A stretch of DNA of 64,000 nt from Paraspadella gotoi. Lineage: Eukaryota > Animalia > Chaetognatha. Within the stretch, counting starts at the first letter, position 1. Every line of letters starts with the position of its first letter. This document shows, one piece after another, positions 39,572 to 54,100 of this stretch. Position numbers and translations under genes: made by a program. Below the pieces are notes generated by a model that was given only the letters and a program-made list of their open reading frames with translations, was not told where the DNA came from and did no database searches. The stretch spans positions 26,914,517 to 26,978,516 of the forward strand of contig CM119265.1 of NCBI GenBank assembly GCA_051294375.1, written 5' to 3'.

Positions 39572-39936
39572 GTATTAAATGAATGGATAAATTTTATATT
39601 AGTTATCCCAATTTCACAAAATTTAGCTCCTTGTATTTTGATGCTAGTGCGGAGCACAAATTAGTATTCCCCGATCTAATACTTTATACAAGTGAATAAT
39701 ACTTTGAAACGTGATATCACTTGATTATGATAGGGAAGTCAGGTTCTCTGGGAGTGATTAAACGAGACTGTGAGTCTTGATTGAAAGCTTAAAGGAACCT
39801 GCTATGTCATTATCTTGTACGAGTGATGGAGGCCTTAAACCACCAAAGACTGTCTAAAATAAGGGGCAAAATAGCCTATTTATTAAATGAGTGGATAATT
39901 ATTATATTGGTTTTACCAATTTCATAGTAGTATTGA
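39572..39936 (+). mobile_element. Dispersed repeat family D (possible Helitron-type non-autonomous element)
   Basis: Shares gctatgtcattatcttgt..gagtgat..aggccttaaaccaccaaa...aaatgaatggataatt...ttggtt.taccaatttcata with 38054-38200, 45225-45407, 43820-43892 and minus-strand fragments at ~21095-21160 and ~10255-10310. Short hairpin attggttttaccaat near the end. Confidence 0.55.
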
Positions 39937-40839
39937 ACACTAAGCAAACAAAAATTAAAAAATAAATTAGAACAAAATAATTTTGGATTTAAAGAAGTAC
40001 AACCTGACGGCCTCAATTTAGCAAATTTCACCTCAAGTACATTATTCGATTTTCTTTTCCATTCTGAATTGAGAGCCCTTAAATCTCAATTGACTAATAG
40101 TGAACAAAAGTATAACAATCCTATACAGAAAATAATACTGAGAGACTTTAAAACTTTTCGAAGGTGAAAATTTATAGCGTTTGAATAAAAAAAGATTTAA
40201 ATCCTGGTTTTTCCAGACGAAATAAAAAAAATGGGGATTTGAGTTTTCGCTTTAAAAAAAAAAACACAGAAGTAAATCAAAAGCAAAAGTTTGACGACGA
40301 AAGGGTAGGGCATGGACGGGCAGGACAGGGCATGGCATAGCATGGCAGGGCAGAGCAGAGCAGGGCAGGAAAGAAACTTCATAGTTTAAAAACTGGTGAT
40401 TTTGTTTTTTTAATCGCTTTGAGAAGTTTAGGTAAGTTTACAAACTAAAATCTCATTTGAATATTGCAGTACGAGGCACTGATTTAATTTCTTATCATCT
40501 TTCATACCGCTGTTTCTAAAATATCAATTATCCACAACTAACGTTTTTAAAGGTGTATTTTCTTTTTTTTAACTTTTAGACATTCATGCAGATAGAACTA
40601 CAGCAACGAAAGAAAGAAAGACCGTCCCGCGCCTTTGAAGACTCCTGTTTTTGTTTACACCCTTCCTGGATCGTCGGCCTTGTTGTCGTCGTCGTTGTTG
40701 TTGTTGTTGTTGTTGTTGTTTTTTAATCGAAAACCGAGGATCGTTTCTCCCTCATAAACAAAAGGGAAAACACGATCTCGAACTATGGATCGCGAGAAAA
40801 AACAACATAGTAAAACACACTTAAAAAAAAGATATTCTC

Positions 40840-40903
<64 letters not shown>

Positions 40904-41296
40904 TTCATCCTCCCGTCGCTGAAAGGGGACGAAGAACCTAAAATAAAATCCCGAACTGAAAACTGAAAAAAAGACTTTTTAATCCGGTAAATGGTCTTCC
41001 TCTCTTCCCGAATCAGTAACAGATTGTTAAGGAGTTTAATCGTTACATTTCATCAATTTACTTGACTCTAAGAAACGACATTGAAGTTTATTCGTAAATG
41101 AAGGTGTCAAAACTCGGGCTGAGATAAAAAATAAAAAAAAATTCGCGATCCGGGATTTTATATATTTTTTTTTTACCATTTTTTTTTGTTCGTGTAAAAA
41201 AAATATGAAACGCTAAAATTGTAACGAGAAATACATTATAAAATGTCAGCGACTCTCGTTACATTGACCCGGGAAGAGAGATCTCGGCGGGATGAA

Positions 41297-41335
<39 letters not shown>

Positions 41336-41451
41336 CACTTCTCATATCTCTCTTACAATTCAGTGTCTCTCTCTCTGTCTTTGTCTCATCTTTCCCTCCT
41401 TTGCACTCATTTTTCCTTTTCTTTTCAACTTTCTCACTTATTTCATCATTT

Positions 41452-41531
<80 letters not shown>

Positions 41532-42848
41532 ATCTTCCCTTTGTCTCTCTCTTTCTTTATTCTTTTCTTTTCTTTTACTTTTCTTTTCTTTTTTTCATTC
41601 AGTTTTCTTTTCTCTCTCCTTTTTTTTCTTTCTTTTTTTACCAACGTTTGCACTTTCCCCGTGTCTCGCTCTCTGTATTACATTCTTCCTTCTCTTCCTC
41701 CCCTCCTTCAAACATACATTTAAATACAATGTTACATTATAGATGTCATAACCCGAAAACGTCCTCATAAAAACAAATAACAAAATTTCAGCCAATCAGC
41801 TTTGCCCTTCCCTTCTTTCTCGACCAATCAAAATGCTCAAACGAAGATCTCGCTCTATTGAACATTTATCGATGATTTTTATCCTTTATTCAGCTTAAAA
41901 ATCCGAGAGAACAAAAAAATTGGGCCAACGCAGAGCATCTAAAATTATTTTTCGATGAATTACCAAAAAGAAAAAAAGTGAAAAAATTACAATATTTGAG
42001 TTGAAACTAAAAAAAGAAAATTAGGAAATAAAACTCTGAAGGTGTCAAATAAAAAAAAGAATGAAAAAGTAAGAAAAAAAAAGTTAAAAATTCCTGAAAT
42101 TTTTTGATAATTTTTTTAAAAATTTAGTATCGAGTCGAACAAAGAAATAATTATAAATTTAGAAGGACAACAATGTCTTAATGTCTAATGCTTTTGAAAA
42201 TGATTAAAATATATTGAACTAAGGAGATTAATTTATAAAATTAAATCACTAGGCTAACAATCATCGAATACTCGAACGAAGACAATTGAGTGAGACTAAC
42301 TGAATGTGACCCAACGAACTGAAGCATATTGAAGTCAATTGAAGAAACCCCGATAAATACAAACGGGTGCAGTCAACAATGCGACTGAAAGTAATTAAAT
42401 AAAATTTAATTAATAATTAATTAATAATAATTTAATAAAATCTATCAAACGCTCCTGAATATAATAGTAGGCTATTTTTTATATGCTAATGAGATTGCGA
42501 TAGGTATGCATCTCTATGCACATTTGGAAGTCGGATTGCTCATTCGTTCGTTCGAGATTTTCTCATCGAGCCATTTCTTTATTTTCTTTTCTTTTCTTTT
42601 TTCCCCTTCTTCTTCCCTTTTTTCAATTTCATCTCCTTTTTCTTCTTCCTTTCTTTTGGACTTTCTTTCTCTCCCCGTCTCCCACTTTTCCTTTTTTCTC
42701 TCCCTCCCTCTCTATCTTTCTTTTTTCTCTCTCTTCCCTCCCCCCCTCTCTCTCCTCTCTCGATTTACGATCTCCCCCGATCCGATAATAATCTTTCATC
42801 AAAGACGTTATTTCATTCGTTAATTAGACCGACGGTTAATGGGGTGGC

Positions 42849-42942
<94 letters not shown>

Positions 42943-43236
42943 TGTTAATGGACTGAGGATGGCCTCGAATTTAGAGATAAATGTTTGCTGTTTTTTTCTC
43001 TTTCTCTCTCTTTGTTATTGTTGTTGTTGTTGATTGTCATTGTTTATCGTCGTAAGACCTTTTGGCGACGCGGCGGATTTCAAAGGTGAGGATTTTGTTG
43101 TGGGGGGTTGAGGGGGAGAGGAGAAAAGGGGCGGGTGGAGGGGGAAAAGTGGTTTGGGTGGACGAGCGTCTTGTCGGTTTGTCGAGTCGAAGGCCGCGAG
43201 AGAAGGGCGGAGGACGAAGGACCTCTTAGGATTTAT

Positions 43237-43292
<56 letters not shown>

Positions 43293-43432
43293 AGAGAGAG
43301 AGAGAGAGGGAGGGAGGGAAAGAGAGAAGTGAGAGGGAGATGGTGAAACTGACACAAAGATTTTAGAATCAGGGGAAAAAATGAAGCAGAATCAGTTTTT
43401 GATGAGAGAGAGTGAAAGAGAGAGAGAGAGAG

Positions 43433-43504
<72 letters not shown>

Positions 43505-44112
43505 CTTTGTTATGTGACTATCTGGCTCCGGAGTTATGATATTCCTTCATAGTTCTTTACTTCTTTTCTTCAACAGTTTCAAATTCATCGTCGTGATTTT
43601 TGATTCTGCAAGAAAAAGAGCCAATGACCCATCCGGTCATCCTCTATGAAACTCCATTGCATGATCCGATGACCTAAGCCTTGGTTCGCGGGTCCATGAG
43701 CCAAACGCTGATGTTGTCCTTCAAGAATCCTCGATTTATACCATGAGTCCTAAATTCTGACTTGAAATCGGTTTGATCGGTTGAATAAATACTGCTGTAC
43801 AAAGTTTATAATTAATACTTACAAGTCAGGGGCAAGATTGATTATTTATTGAATGAATGGATGATTTGTTGATGGTTGTATCTATTTCATACCCAAAAAA
43901 ACGACAGCTCATTGTCCTTCTAAAAAAAATCCAATGTGTAAGGCAACGATTAACAACAAAAAGTTACAATGAGTTACAATGAAAAACAGAAAAACAAAAG
44001 GGAAGGAGGAGCGAAATTTGCCTTCAGACTTAACGACGATAACAACAACAACAATAATATAACAACGACTGTTTCCTCTTTTCACGTCTTAAATTTCACG
44101 TGAATTCAAATT

Positions 44113-44178
<66 letters not shown>

Positions 44179-44254
44179 CGCCACTTTTCCGAACATTGTT
44201 ATCTTTCACGCGTCTGACTTTGTTTTTTTCCGTCGTATTAAATAACCCGGGATT

Positions 44255-44358
<104 letters not shown>

Positions 44359-47300
44359 CCACGATCGTAATTGCGTCTCCCCTCTGTTGTAAAGTATCAT
44401 ACTTGGTTCGATTTTGTCAGTTTTACTTGTCGTTTTTATCTTTATTTTTTTATACATACAATTTTTTTTCCCGCTCGCGTTTTTATTTTCTTTTTTAATT
44501 TTCGTTATCAAAAAAGAAAGATTTCGTCGTTTGCGTCCGGGAAAATTCTTGGTACTATTTTATGAAAACTCCCTATTTTTGTTCTTAATGCTTGAATTTA
44601 AATTTAACCGCAATATTTAAATCTAATATTTTACCGCATCATTTATTCGATTCCTAACCTTAACCCCAAACTTTATCTCTTAACTCCAAATTCTAATCTT
44701 TAAACTAATCTTTAAACCTTAAAATTAAAATTGTGAATTTAATCTAAAATTGGGCGCGTATGGAAAATATGGCCGAAAATTCATTTTGAGCCAAAAAAGG
44801 AAAAACATATTTTTATTATTCTGTGTCGATATTTTCTGTTGGTCAGTCGGTTTGTCCGTCTGTCTGTCGGTCGGTCTGTCTGTCGGTCTGTCTGTCGGTC
44901 GGTCTGTCTGTCTGTCGGTCGGTCTGTCTATCTGTCGATCAGTGGGTACTATTCGGTGGATAGTTTTAAAAAAAAACAAGCAAAGAGACCAGTTATAAAT
45001 TCATAACAATAGTAATAACAATCATAACATTACATAACTACTATATAAATTGGCTGTTGACATTTTAAGTTATGTAGAAAACCTTTTCTTTGTCGTCGCC
45101 TTTGTATGGGTATTGTGTACAATGTACACACAAAGCTAAAGTGATTCGCTAAAACAGTAAAAGATAAAGATAAAGATAAAGATTTTTATACAATTGAAAC
45201 ATTCTTTGAAATATTATACGACTTCACTGATAGGGAAGCCAGGTACTCTGGGAGTGAATAAACCAGACTGTGAGGAAACTTGATAGAAAGCTTGCTATGT
45301 CATTATCTTGTAGGAGTGATGAAGGCCTTAAACCACCAAAACCTGTCCAAAGTCAGCTAAGTTATTAAATGAATGGATAATTATCTATTGGTTCTACAAA
45401 TTTCATAAAGAAAAAGACGAAAAAGACAAAAATGAAAAAGTCGAACACAGGGAAAGAAGACGACGACGTCAACAACAATTACGACGACGACGACGACGAC
45501 GACATTGACAACAACAACAACGACAACGACGAAAGCCCCGTATTTACAAAAACTCGGTCATATTCTTTCCATTTGTCTTTTTTCTTTCTTTCTTTTTTCC
45601 TTCGTCACCCTAATTAGTTTGGATCGAATTTCAAAATCGTTTCGCTAAAACTTCAAGTCCAGGAGATTTAACTTCGCACCTCGTCCTTTCACCCCAGCAT
45701 CAGCCCACCCCAACTACATCACCATCAAACTCCAGCTCTCCATCCCAATCCGCACTTTAGCCCCCCCCCTCGATAATTGACCTTGAAATGTTGTCCCGGC
45801 GCCAGAATTAAATTTGAACTGAGCCGTTTGATTTTTTTTCCTCCAGCATAATCTTATATTTGATTTCATAATTTATTTAAATTCTTTTGCTTTATGTTTT
45901 TTTATTTAATTCATTGGTTTATTCATACATTTATTCATTAACTCTTTTCATTTTTCATTATTCATCCCTTCATTAATTCTTTCTTTTTCTCTGTCTTTTT
46001 TTTTCTATCTCTTTCTATCTCTCTGTCTTTCCTCCTCTCATAACTGGGTCATGTAATTTATGCGGTCATTTAACAAACTAAATAGATTTAAACGATCTTT
46101 TAAATCTAGAATTATTCAGTCTCACACCTCATTAAATCTTACTGACTTCTTCAACGTTTACACAAAAAAAAATGTCACTAAAAATGACTTTGTAAAGATT
46201 AAGTTCGAACTCTTTATTAATTTGTAAAACTTGTTGTAAAATGACATGACGAAAAAAATTCGACAGCGAAACTGGACAAAAGAATGACTAGACGGTGGGA
46301 CATGACATGCTTCTAGCCATGCCACAGACATTGACACGATTAACCAGGAGACGGGCGTGACATTCTCAAACTTGTCACGATCGTAATATGGTTAACCATG
46401 ACCCGGACATGGCACGTATAGCCATGCCAAGAACTTGACATGGCGTAATCAAAGGGAAAATCCATAATGTTGATAATTCTTTTACCGATGAATCGTATTT
46501 TGTCATTTGTAACCACAATGACAATGTCATACATTACGGTTAAATCGCAGTATTTTAAACGTAAAAGTAAACAATAGAACTGGCAAGATGCAGATAAAAA
46601 GGATCGGATTCTCTTCCTATTCAAATACTGAAAAAAAAATATTAAAAAAAAATTGTATTGTGAAAACTTTAACCCCAAAACTTTGCAAATTACTTTAAAG
46701 AATACGTAAATTCCGCATGCAGGTTGTATCATTTTTAAATACGAAATTTAAAACATATTCATAAAAAATAAATAAAAGGTCACAATAAATTATTCTAATA
46801 TTTCGCTCTGATAAAACGAGTATTTTATTTTTGAAATGTAAAATTATTTTCAAATTATTTTTTTTCTTTTCCAAAATGAGAATACTGCAATGATGTATAT
46901 ACTTTTTTTTAAAAAGTCATTACAACATGGCGCGAGGATTGTAGAACGTCTATATAACTAAGTGGCAAGTTAAAATATAACGAACATTTCGAAAAAAAAA
47001 AATTAAAAATTCTTATGCATCACAGTTCAGTCGAAAATCTAACAATTTTGGTTAAACATCAAAATAAACAATTTTTTTCCGATGAATTTAAAACTCGTGC
47101 ATACAGGTTTTCATTTTTTTTCCGCAACGCCCGTTACAATAAAAGAGATTTAGATTTCAAATTGTATTTATGCCGCCAGCAGGAAGATATAAATTATTGT
47201 TCAACTACGGTAAAAAGTCCACTAATCTATATCGATATAAATCATAATAATAATAGTAATAATTACCTCTGTAAAAACAAGACTTCTTGACACCACGGCT

Positions 47301-48498
47301 CGGTCAAAAAAAAGCGGGGCTCCTTTCGAGATCGAAAATTATGGGGGGGAATGGAATGTACTGAATAGTTTTTTTTAATAATAATACACCAAATACAAAT
47401 ATAAATACTGTCATACTGTCCATATAGATAGATATCAATCCGTCTAAAATATTTTTGTCTAATTTTGCACCGAAATGTGTTGAAAATTGAGTATTAAGTT
47501 TGAGTTAAGATCATTAATGAAAAGTGGTTTCTATGATATATATTCGTAAAAATTTTCAATTTAAAAATAGTTTAACACGAAACGAATACACTTTTCGGAA
47601 TTAAAGGATAACAGTTTCTCCCGTTATTTAAGAATTTTTTAAAAAAACTATTTATACCGACAATCAATAACGTTAGATTATTAACATTGAAACATTTCAT
47701 GCTACGATTGCAATAAACAAATTTGCTCATTTTTCTAGCGCTTGTCTTTTGTTTTATTTCCAGTTTCAGTTTACGTTCGGTGACGTCGTCGTTGAAAGCC
47801 TCGCTTTTTCTCAAACAAAAGAGTCGCGGTTCAAGATGAACGTCTTTTGTTTCATTTTTATTTCATTTCGTGTTTGTGAAATTAAATAATATCGGTAATT
47901 ATAAACTAATATGACTACGAATCCCATCCTTCAAAAACTAAACGACTCACTTTGTTCCTCTGTTTTGTTTTGTTTTGTTTTGTTTTTTTGTTTATTTATT
48001 TATCTCCGCATTTCTTGGGGTCGTCGCATAGTAATTGTCAAACCCATTACAGAATATCTCACTGTCTGTTTGAATGTAGATCCTGGACAGAAAACTGAGA
48101 GGCCTGTATTTGATTGTCCCCGCTAAAGACGAAAGTCTTCTCGACGGAATCCTTAACAGACTTGCATTATCATAACATAACATATCATTACATAACTTGC
48201 GTCATAAGTATATCATTTGTCTAAACAAAAACTTTTATCATTAAGTAAAGAGAAAATCATTTAAAATGTTTCTTAAGATTCAGCTTTCGTTTAAATCAGT
48301 TTTACCGGCTAAGAATTTGGATTATTCATGGACCGATGACCACGGACCACTGTCCAGTGTCCACAGACCACGGACCACTGACCAGGTCGTCAATGACCAC
48401 TGACCACTGTCCACAGAACAAACTTAATCTTCAAAACAAAAACACTGAAGGCGTCGGTCACCGTCGGGCCTTTGTCAAAGCCCCGATCCAGGACTGAG

Positions 48499-48738
48499 TT
48501 TCCCAAAAAAGCCCATTTTCGTCTTAAATTCTTCATTAAGTTTATTTTGAATATTAAATATTGGGTTAAGGGTTAAGCTAAAACATTAATGGTTAATGTT
48601 TCGGTTTCTGGTTGTAAATTAGGTTATAGCTAAGTATTAGTTTACGTTATACTTTGATAACAAATTAGGGTTAAATACAAGGGTCAAAATTACGTTTTGG
48701 GATTAAACAGAAATAGGGCGCTTTGGGAAAAGAGAGCC
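48499..48738 (+). mobile_element. MITE-like family C copy immediately downstream of the PLCB stop codon
   Basis: Inverted termini tttcccaaaaaagcccatttt and aaatagggcgctttgggaaaa, with a ttaggg-like core. Confidence 0.55.
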
Positions 48739-48759
48739 CCGATCCTCCCCCCATCCTCT

Positions 48760-49046
48760 TCAACAAACGCTCTCCGGCCTGACCGTGAGCCTCGCCTCTT
48801 CGTAAATCAATTCTTGCTTCTCCTTCTGCCGATCGTTGTCCTTGAGGAGTTTGTCCATTTGCTCCTTGTGGACGTTGTTGCATTTTTCGATCTCTGCCGA
48901 GTGTTGCATCGCCAGTCTCTTCCTTTCCTCGATGAATTTCTTTGTGTTGTTCTCGTTGAGTTCTCGAATTCGTCTTTCTTTCTCGGCTTTGGTCTTGATG
49001 GTTTTGTCGTTGACCATCTCCTTGATGGATTCCATCGAGATCTTGG
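48760..49046 (-). CDS. PLCB4: PLCB4-like terminal exon
   Basis: ctccag|cc [47 protein letters not shown]...RPESVC*. Confidence 0.93.
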
Positions 49047-51149
49047 CTGGAGGGGAGGTGGGGTGTCAATCATAAATGTCAGAATTATTTCTATCAGAAT
49101 ATCACAACAATTATCTAAGAATCATTTTAACTACGGAAAAAATAGAAAGGCATATCGAACCCGAAAAAATAGGCCTAATATTAAAACAGAAAATAAAGCA
49201 ATGGGAGTTAAAATAATTTACTTCTATATGCAAATGAGATTTATGATTGCAAACTCAATTTCTAAACTGAACTCCAATTATCGACGGATTTGTCTTTACA
49301 TCACTTTGTCCCGAGCCCTGTCCTTATCTTGGCTTGACTTTACCTCTCCACGCGAACTTATCTCCCTTTGTCTTCCACTTTGTCCTTACCTTGGTTTGTC
49401 TTTAGCTCCTTGTCTTCTCTCTCTTGTCTCGCTTCTATGCTTTTCATTTGTTGATCTTGCGCCTGCGCAAGAATCTTCACCAAAGCTTCGCTCTGTTGCG
49501 TTACCTGTTGAGAGGGAAAATTTACGAATCAGAAAATATACAAATTGTAGTGTAATTTTAATACATTGCAGTACAATAAATCATTTAATTTCTTTCTTTG
49601 TTTAATTTTGTTTCTTTTTTTTCCGTTTTGGAGTTTGTTTTTTTTTCGCGTCTTTTTTTGTGGTTTGTTTGTACATTGATTATTGAAAAGTAAGTGGAAA
49701 TTAGCACCTAATAATGCAAATAAAATAAAATAAAATTGTAATAAAAGAAAAAAACAGGCAACAAAAAAAAACCAAACTTTAAAACATAAAAAAGCAAAAC
49801 TAATAAGACAAAAATTAATGTACAAAATCTAAAAATCCAAAACGAGAAAAATCAAATCAACTAACAACAAATTAATAAAAAAAAACGAACTGAAAACAAC
49901 AAAACTAAAGAAAAAAAAAAGAAAACAAAACCGACGCAACCCCTCGGTCGTCCAACTCCCACCTGATCTTTCCTCACGAGATGTTCCTCCGTCATCTGCC
50001 TCAGAATCAAGTCCGACCACTCAGTCGTCTGTTCCGAAATGAGGTCTTTGATTTTCTCCCTGTGGTTGGTTATGAGGTGTTGGACGCCGTCGTGGTCGAA
50101 CGCGTTTCCTGTTGGAGGGAAGAGTTCATTTTCTTTCCTTTTGATTCGTCAAACTGTCCGTCCGTCTGTCCGTCCAACTGTCCGTTCGTCTGTCCGTGCA
50201 ACTGTTCGTCCGCTTGTCGGTCCATCGGTTCGTTTGACCGTCCGTCCATCAATCCGTCCGTCCAACTGTCTGTGCGTCCCTCCGTCCGACTGTCCGCCGT
50301 CTGTCCGTCCATCGGTTCGTTTGTCTGTCCGTCCATCTGTACGGCGATCGATCCGTCCATCAGTCCGTCCGTCTGTCCGTCCGTCTTTTTGTCCATCTGT
50401 ATGTCAATCATTCATTAATCCATCCGTCAAACTCATCCACTTTCCTGCGTTGTTCCATGATACCTTATCTCTGTTCAGATGTCTGTCTGACCAATTATTT
50501 CATTTTTATTATTTTATTATTATTCCATCCGTCCTACCTACTTAACGACGGATTTTTTGGTCTATTGTCTGTCAGTCCAGCCATCCGTCCATCCGTCCTA
50601 CCCACTAAACGACTGATTTATGTTCTATCGTCTGTCTGTCCATCCACTTACCTTAGATCATTCGCTTCTTCGTTTAACTCGCTCTTGCAAATTCTTTTTT
50701 ATCTTATGTCTGTCTGTCCATTCATTCGTCCGTCCATCCATGAATCCGTCCGTCCATCCCACTTACCCTCGCTCATGCGCTTCTTCATGACGCGCTCTTG
50801 CGAAGTTTTCTCTTTGTCGTGAACTGCGACTAGTTTATCGACGACAGAACACTGAGACTTTTGAACCGTTAATTTCTCTTTGATGTGCCGCTTCTTTAGC
50901 GAATCCATCTCTTTGTGTTGCTTCTTGACCTTTGGGAGAGGAAGTGGGAGAGAGGGGGAGAGGGAGGGAGAGAGGGAACGGAAGGGAGGGGGAGGTAGGG
51001 AGGAAGAGAGAGAAAGGGAGGGAAGGAGAGAAAGAGGGGGTGGGAGGGAGGTGAGAGAGAGATAGAGAGAGAGAGGAAAGAGAGAGAGAGAGAGAGAAGA
51101 AAAAAGAAAGAAAGAAGAAAGAAAGAAAGAAAAAGAAAGAAGAAAGAAA

Positions 51150-51186
<37 letters not shown>

Positions 51187-54100
51187 AGAAGAAGAGAGAG
51201 AGAGAGAGAAAAAAAAGTCAAGATATTTTGGCATGACCCCAAACCCAAACACCAATTATTCCCTGACCCCAACCCCAAACTCTGACCTGACCCCAAACTC
51301 CAAACCCCAAAAACTCTGACCAGTTTGATGAAGGCCTTGTCTTCTCTGAGACTTTCGATGGTGATGGTTTCCATAGGCGGAGTCTCTCGCCTCGGATTCT
51401 CTCGATCTTTGCGTGAAACGCCGCGCATCAGTTCCGACGAAGGCTTCAACCCTGGAAGGAAAGGATGACAAAAGGGTTAGATGATGATGACATAAGGGCG
51501 GGAAAATGATGACAAAAGGGCGGGAAAATGATTAAAAAAAGGGAGGAAATGAGGACAAAAGGGAAAATGATGACAAAAGAGGGAAATGAGGACAAAGGAG
51601 GGAAATGATGACAAAAGAGGGAAATGATGATGAGTGGAGAAATGAGAACAAAAGTCGGAAATGATGACCAAGGGAGGTAATAAGGAAAAGAGGAGAAATG
51701 ATAAAAAAAAGGGGGAAGGATGATAAAAAGGGGGAGGTGAGGACAAAAGAGAAAAATGATGACAAAAATAAGACAAAATAAGGTCAAATTTGGGAATGAT
51801 GACCAAAGGACAAATGGGGAATGAAAAAAATTATGACAATGTAGTAAAAGAATGACAAAATTACAACATTGGATAAATCTAAGGGAAAATGTTGACAAAG
51901 GTGAAGATATAATTAAAAATTCGAACTACGATCAAATTTTAAATTTTTATAAATATATATTAATTAATGATGATTATCGACTTACCGCCAGGAAGCGAAC
52001 TCAACGCTGCTGATTCTAAAGCTCCTGCGCTGTGGCCCTGGAAATAAAATTAAACCACTTTAGCTAAATATAATCTAAGATTTTCTTATTTTTGTTTTAT
52101 CCTTGTTCGGGGGCAAGCTAAGTGTATTTCAATTTTACTCTTTTTTTTTACGTTAAATATTATTTCCTAATGTCTTTTTGTCATCAAATTCTTTTGTTGA
52201 CCCAAAGATTTTGCTCGTCTCCTCACAGCTTAAAAGATTTTAATTTTTTCATCAAATGTTCTTTTGTTGACTTCAAATTTTAGTTCTGATTCTCACCGCT
52301 CGAAAGCTTTTCTTTTTGCTTCCTTTCGTGTAAGGAATGACGGCGATTTCCGTCTCATCGACTCCCATCGAGACGGTCAGCAGATTTGCTCTTTTGTCCG
52401 CTTGAGAGAGAAAGGCACGTGGATCTGGCCAGACGGGGAGAAAACTTTTTTTGTTAATTTATGATAAAAAAATCATTCAATACATCCATCAAAGTGTGAT
52501 CGATTAACAATTGTTAAATTAATTAATCAATCGAAGAAAACGTACGTAAATCAAAGAAGCAATAAATATTTAAAAAAAATAATAATAATCAATGAATGAG
52601 AGAAATCGATGATTCAAATAACCAACCAACAATACATTCCTACATTAAATCAATCGAGTTCACAATCAAATCACATCAATCGATCAATACTCAAATGAAA
52701 CCTGAAAGAGCGTCGACTAATTCTCCAAGTCCGTCGGGGACGTAAGTCGTGAGGCTAATGTGGCAGAATAGAGTTGCAAGAGGAAGTGGGTGGTTGCACT
52801 CAGTGCGAAGGGAAATGTGACGATATCCGGTCTGAGGAGGAGGAGGAGGAGGAGGAGGAATAGGAAGAGGACAATGGCGGACGGTGACACGACCTCATGC
52901 AATCTAATACACTCTATGAGATTATTTGAAGATTCTAAACAACTGGAACAATTAGGAACAACAAGGATAGTTTATTTTTAACAAACGAAGATGTTTCGAC
53001 TTTAATGTTAGCCTTTATCAGCCTAAACACAACGAAAGTAAAGCAATAAATACCCAAATTATTAATAATCATAATCCTTTTACAATAGTATCATATTATT
53101 TTACCAATTACTTTGTCATTATTATAATTATTATTATATTAAATAACTCCAACCTGAAGACAATCGAGCGGAAGTATTCTTTGTCCAATAAATTGTCCTT
53201 AAGGAATGAGGGGGGGGGGCGGGAGAAAGGATCGTAAAACTCTTAAGTTTGACAAATATTATTAATTCAAAAGACTGTATATGTATATTTTATTATGCGG
53301 TCTCGAAGAATTTATGAGTCCTTTAGCCTCCGTCGGCTTCGATAATAAACCAAAAACGATTCACCCACGCAAATCACGACTCAATGTTTATCGCATCGTC
53401 AATCACAACGTGTAACAAGTTCACAAGATGTCACAAGATCTCACAAAATCGTCGTATTCTCACCTGCGTTTTCGAAGACGCAAATACGTAGCACCGCGAG
53501 TTCGGGAAGAATAATTTTGCGGAAAACAAAAGGTTCGTCGTCGAATATGGGGTTTAATCCGTTCGTCACCTGGCGGGAAAAAGAAAAAACAAAATAACAA
53601 AACAAAAGCTATTCCATTAATGCTTAATTTCTTTTCTTTTTTTTACGTATATTTAACATATTTTATTTATTTATATTTCACAATAATTTTTTTTTATTTG
53701 AACAACACTTGGTTCTATATCTGCCATAAACTGTCAAACAAAAGTTACCATTCTTGATATGAAATATAATTATCAATAAAATAGGCTACTAGCTTTTCTT
53801 TATTTAAAAATATTTACAAATACGAAATAACCACGAAGATTTAGCCCGGTTTATATTTAAAACTTAATTCATATCAATAAACGCATTATTGAATCCGATT
53901 TGTGTCAGGTTTAGTTTTTTCTCCATCCGTCCGTACGTACCGGTTTCGTCTTGAACTCCTTCCGAATCGTGTCCGTCGGGAGTCCGTACATCTCGACCTC
54001 AACGCAAATTCCGTTCTTCTTGTCGGACAAAAATTGTCCGCTGATGACTTGAACGGAGCAAGTGGCGGCGATCACCCCATCCACGGGAGCTGGAGAAATG

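Noticed and set aside
43520-43760. Possible small minus-strand terminal exon (ttttcttgcag|..IKNHDDEFETVEEKK*)
   Set aside because: No partner exons or recognisable protein could be linked.
48697-49605. 302-aa plus-strand ORF
   Set aside because: Antisense shadow of two PLCB exons and their intron; no independent coding signal.
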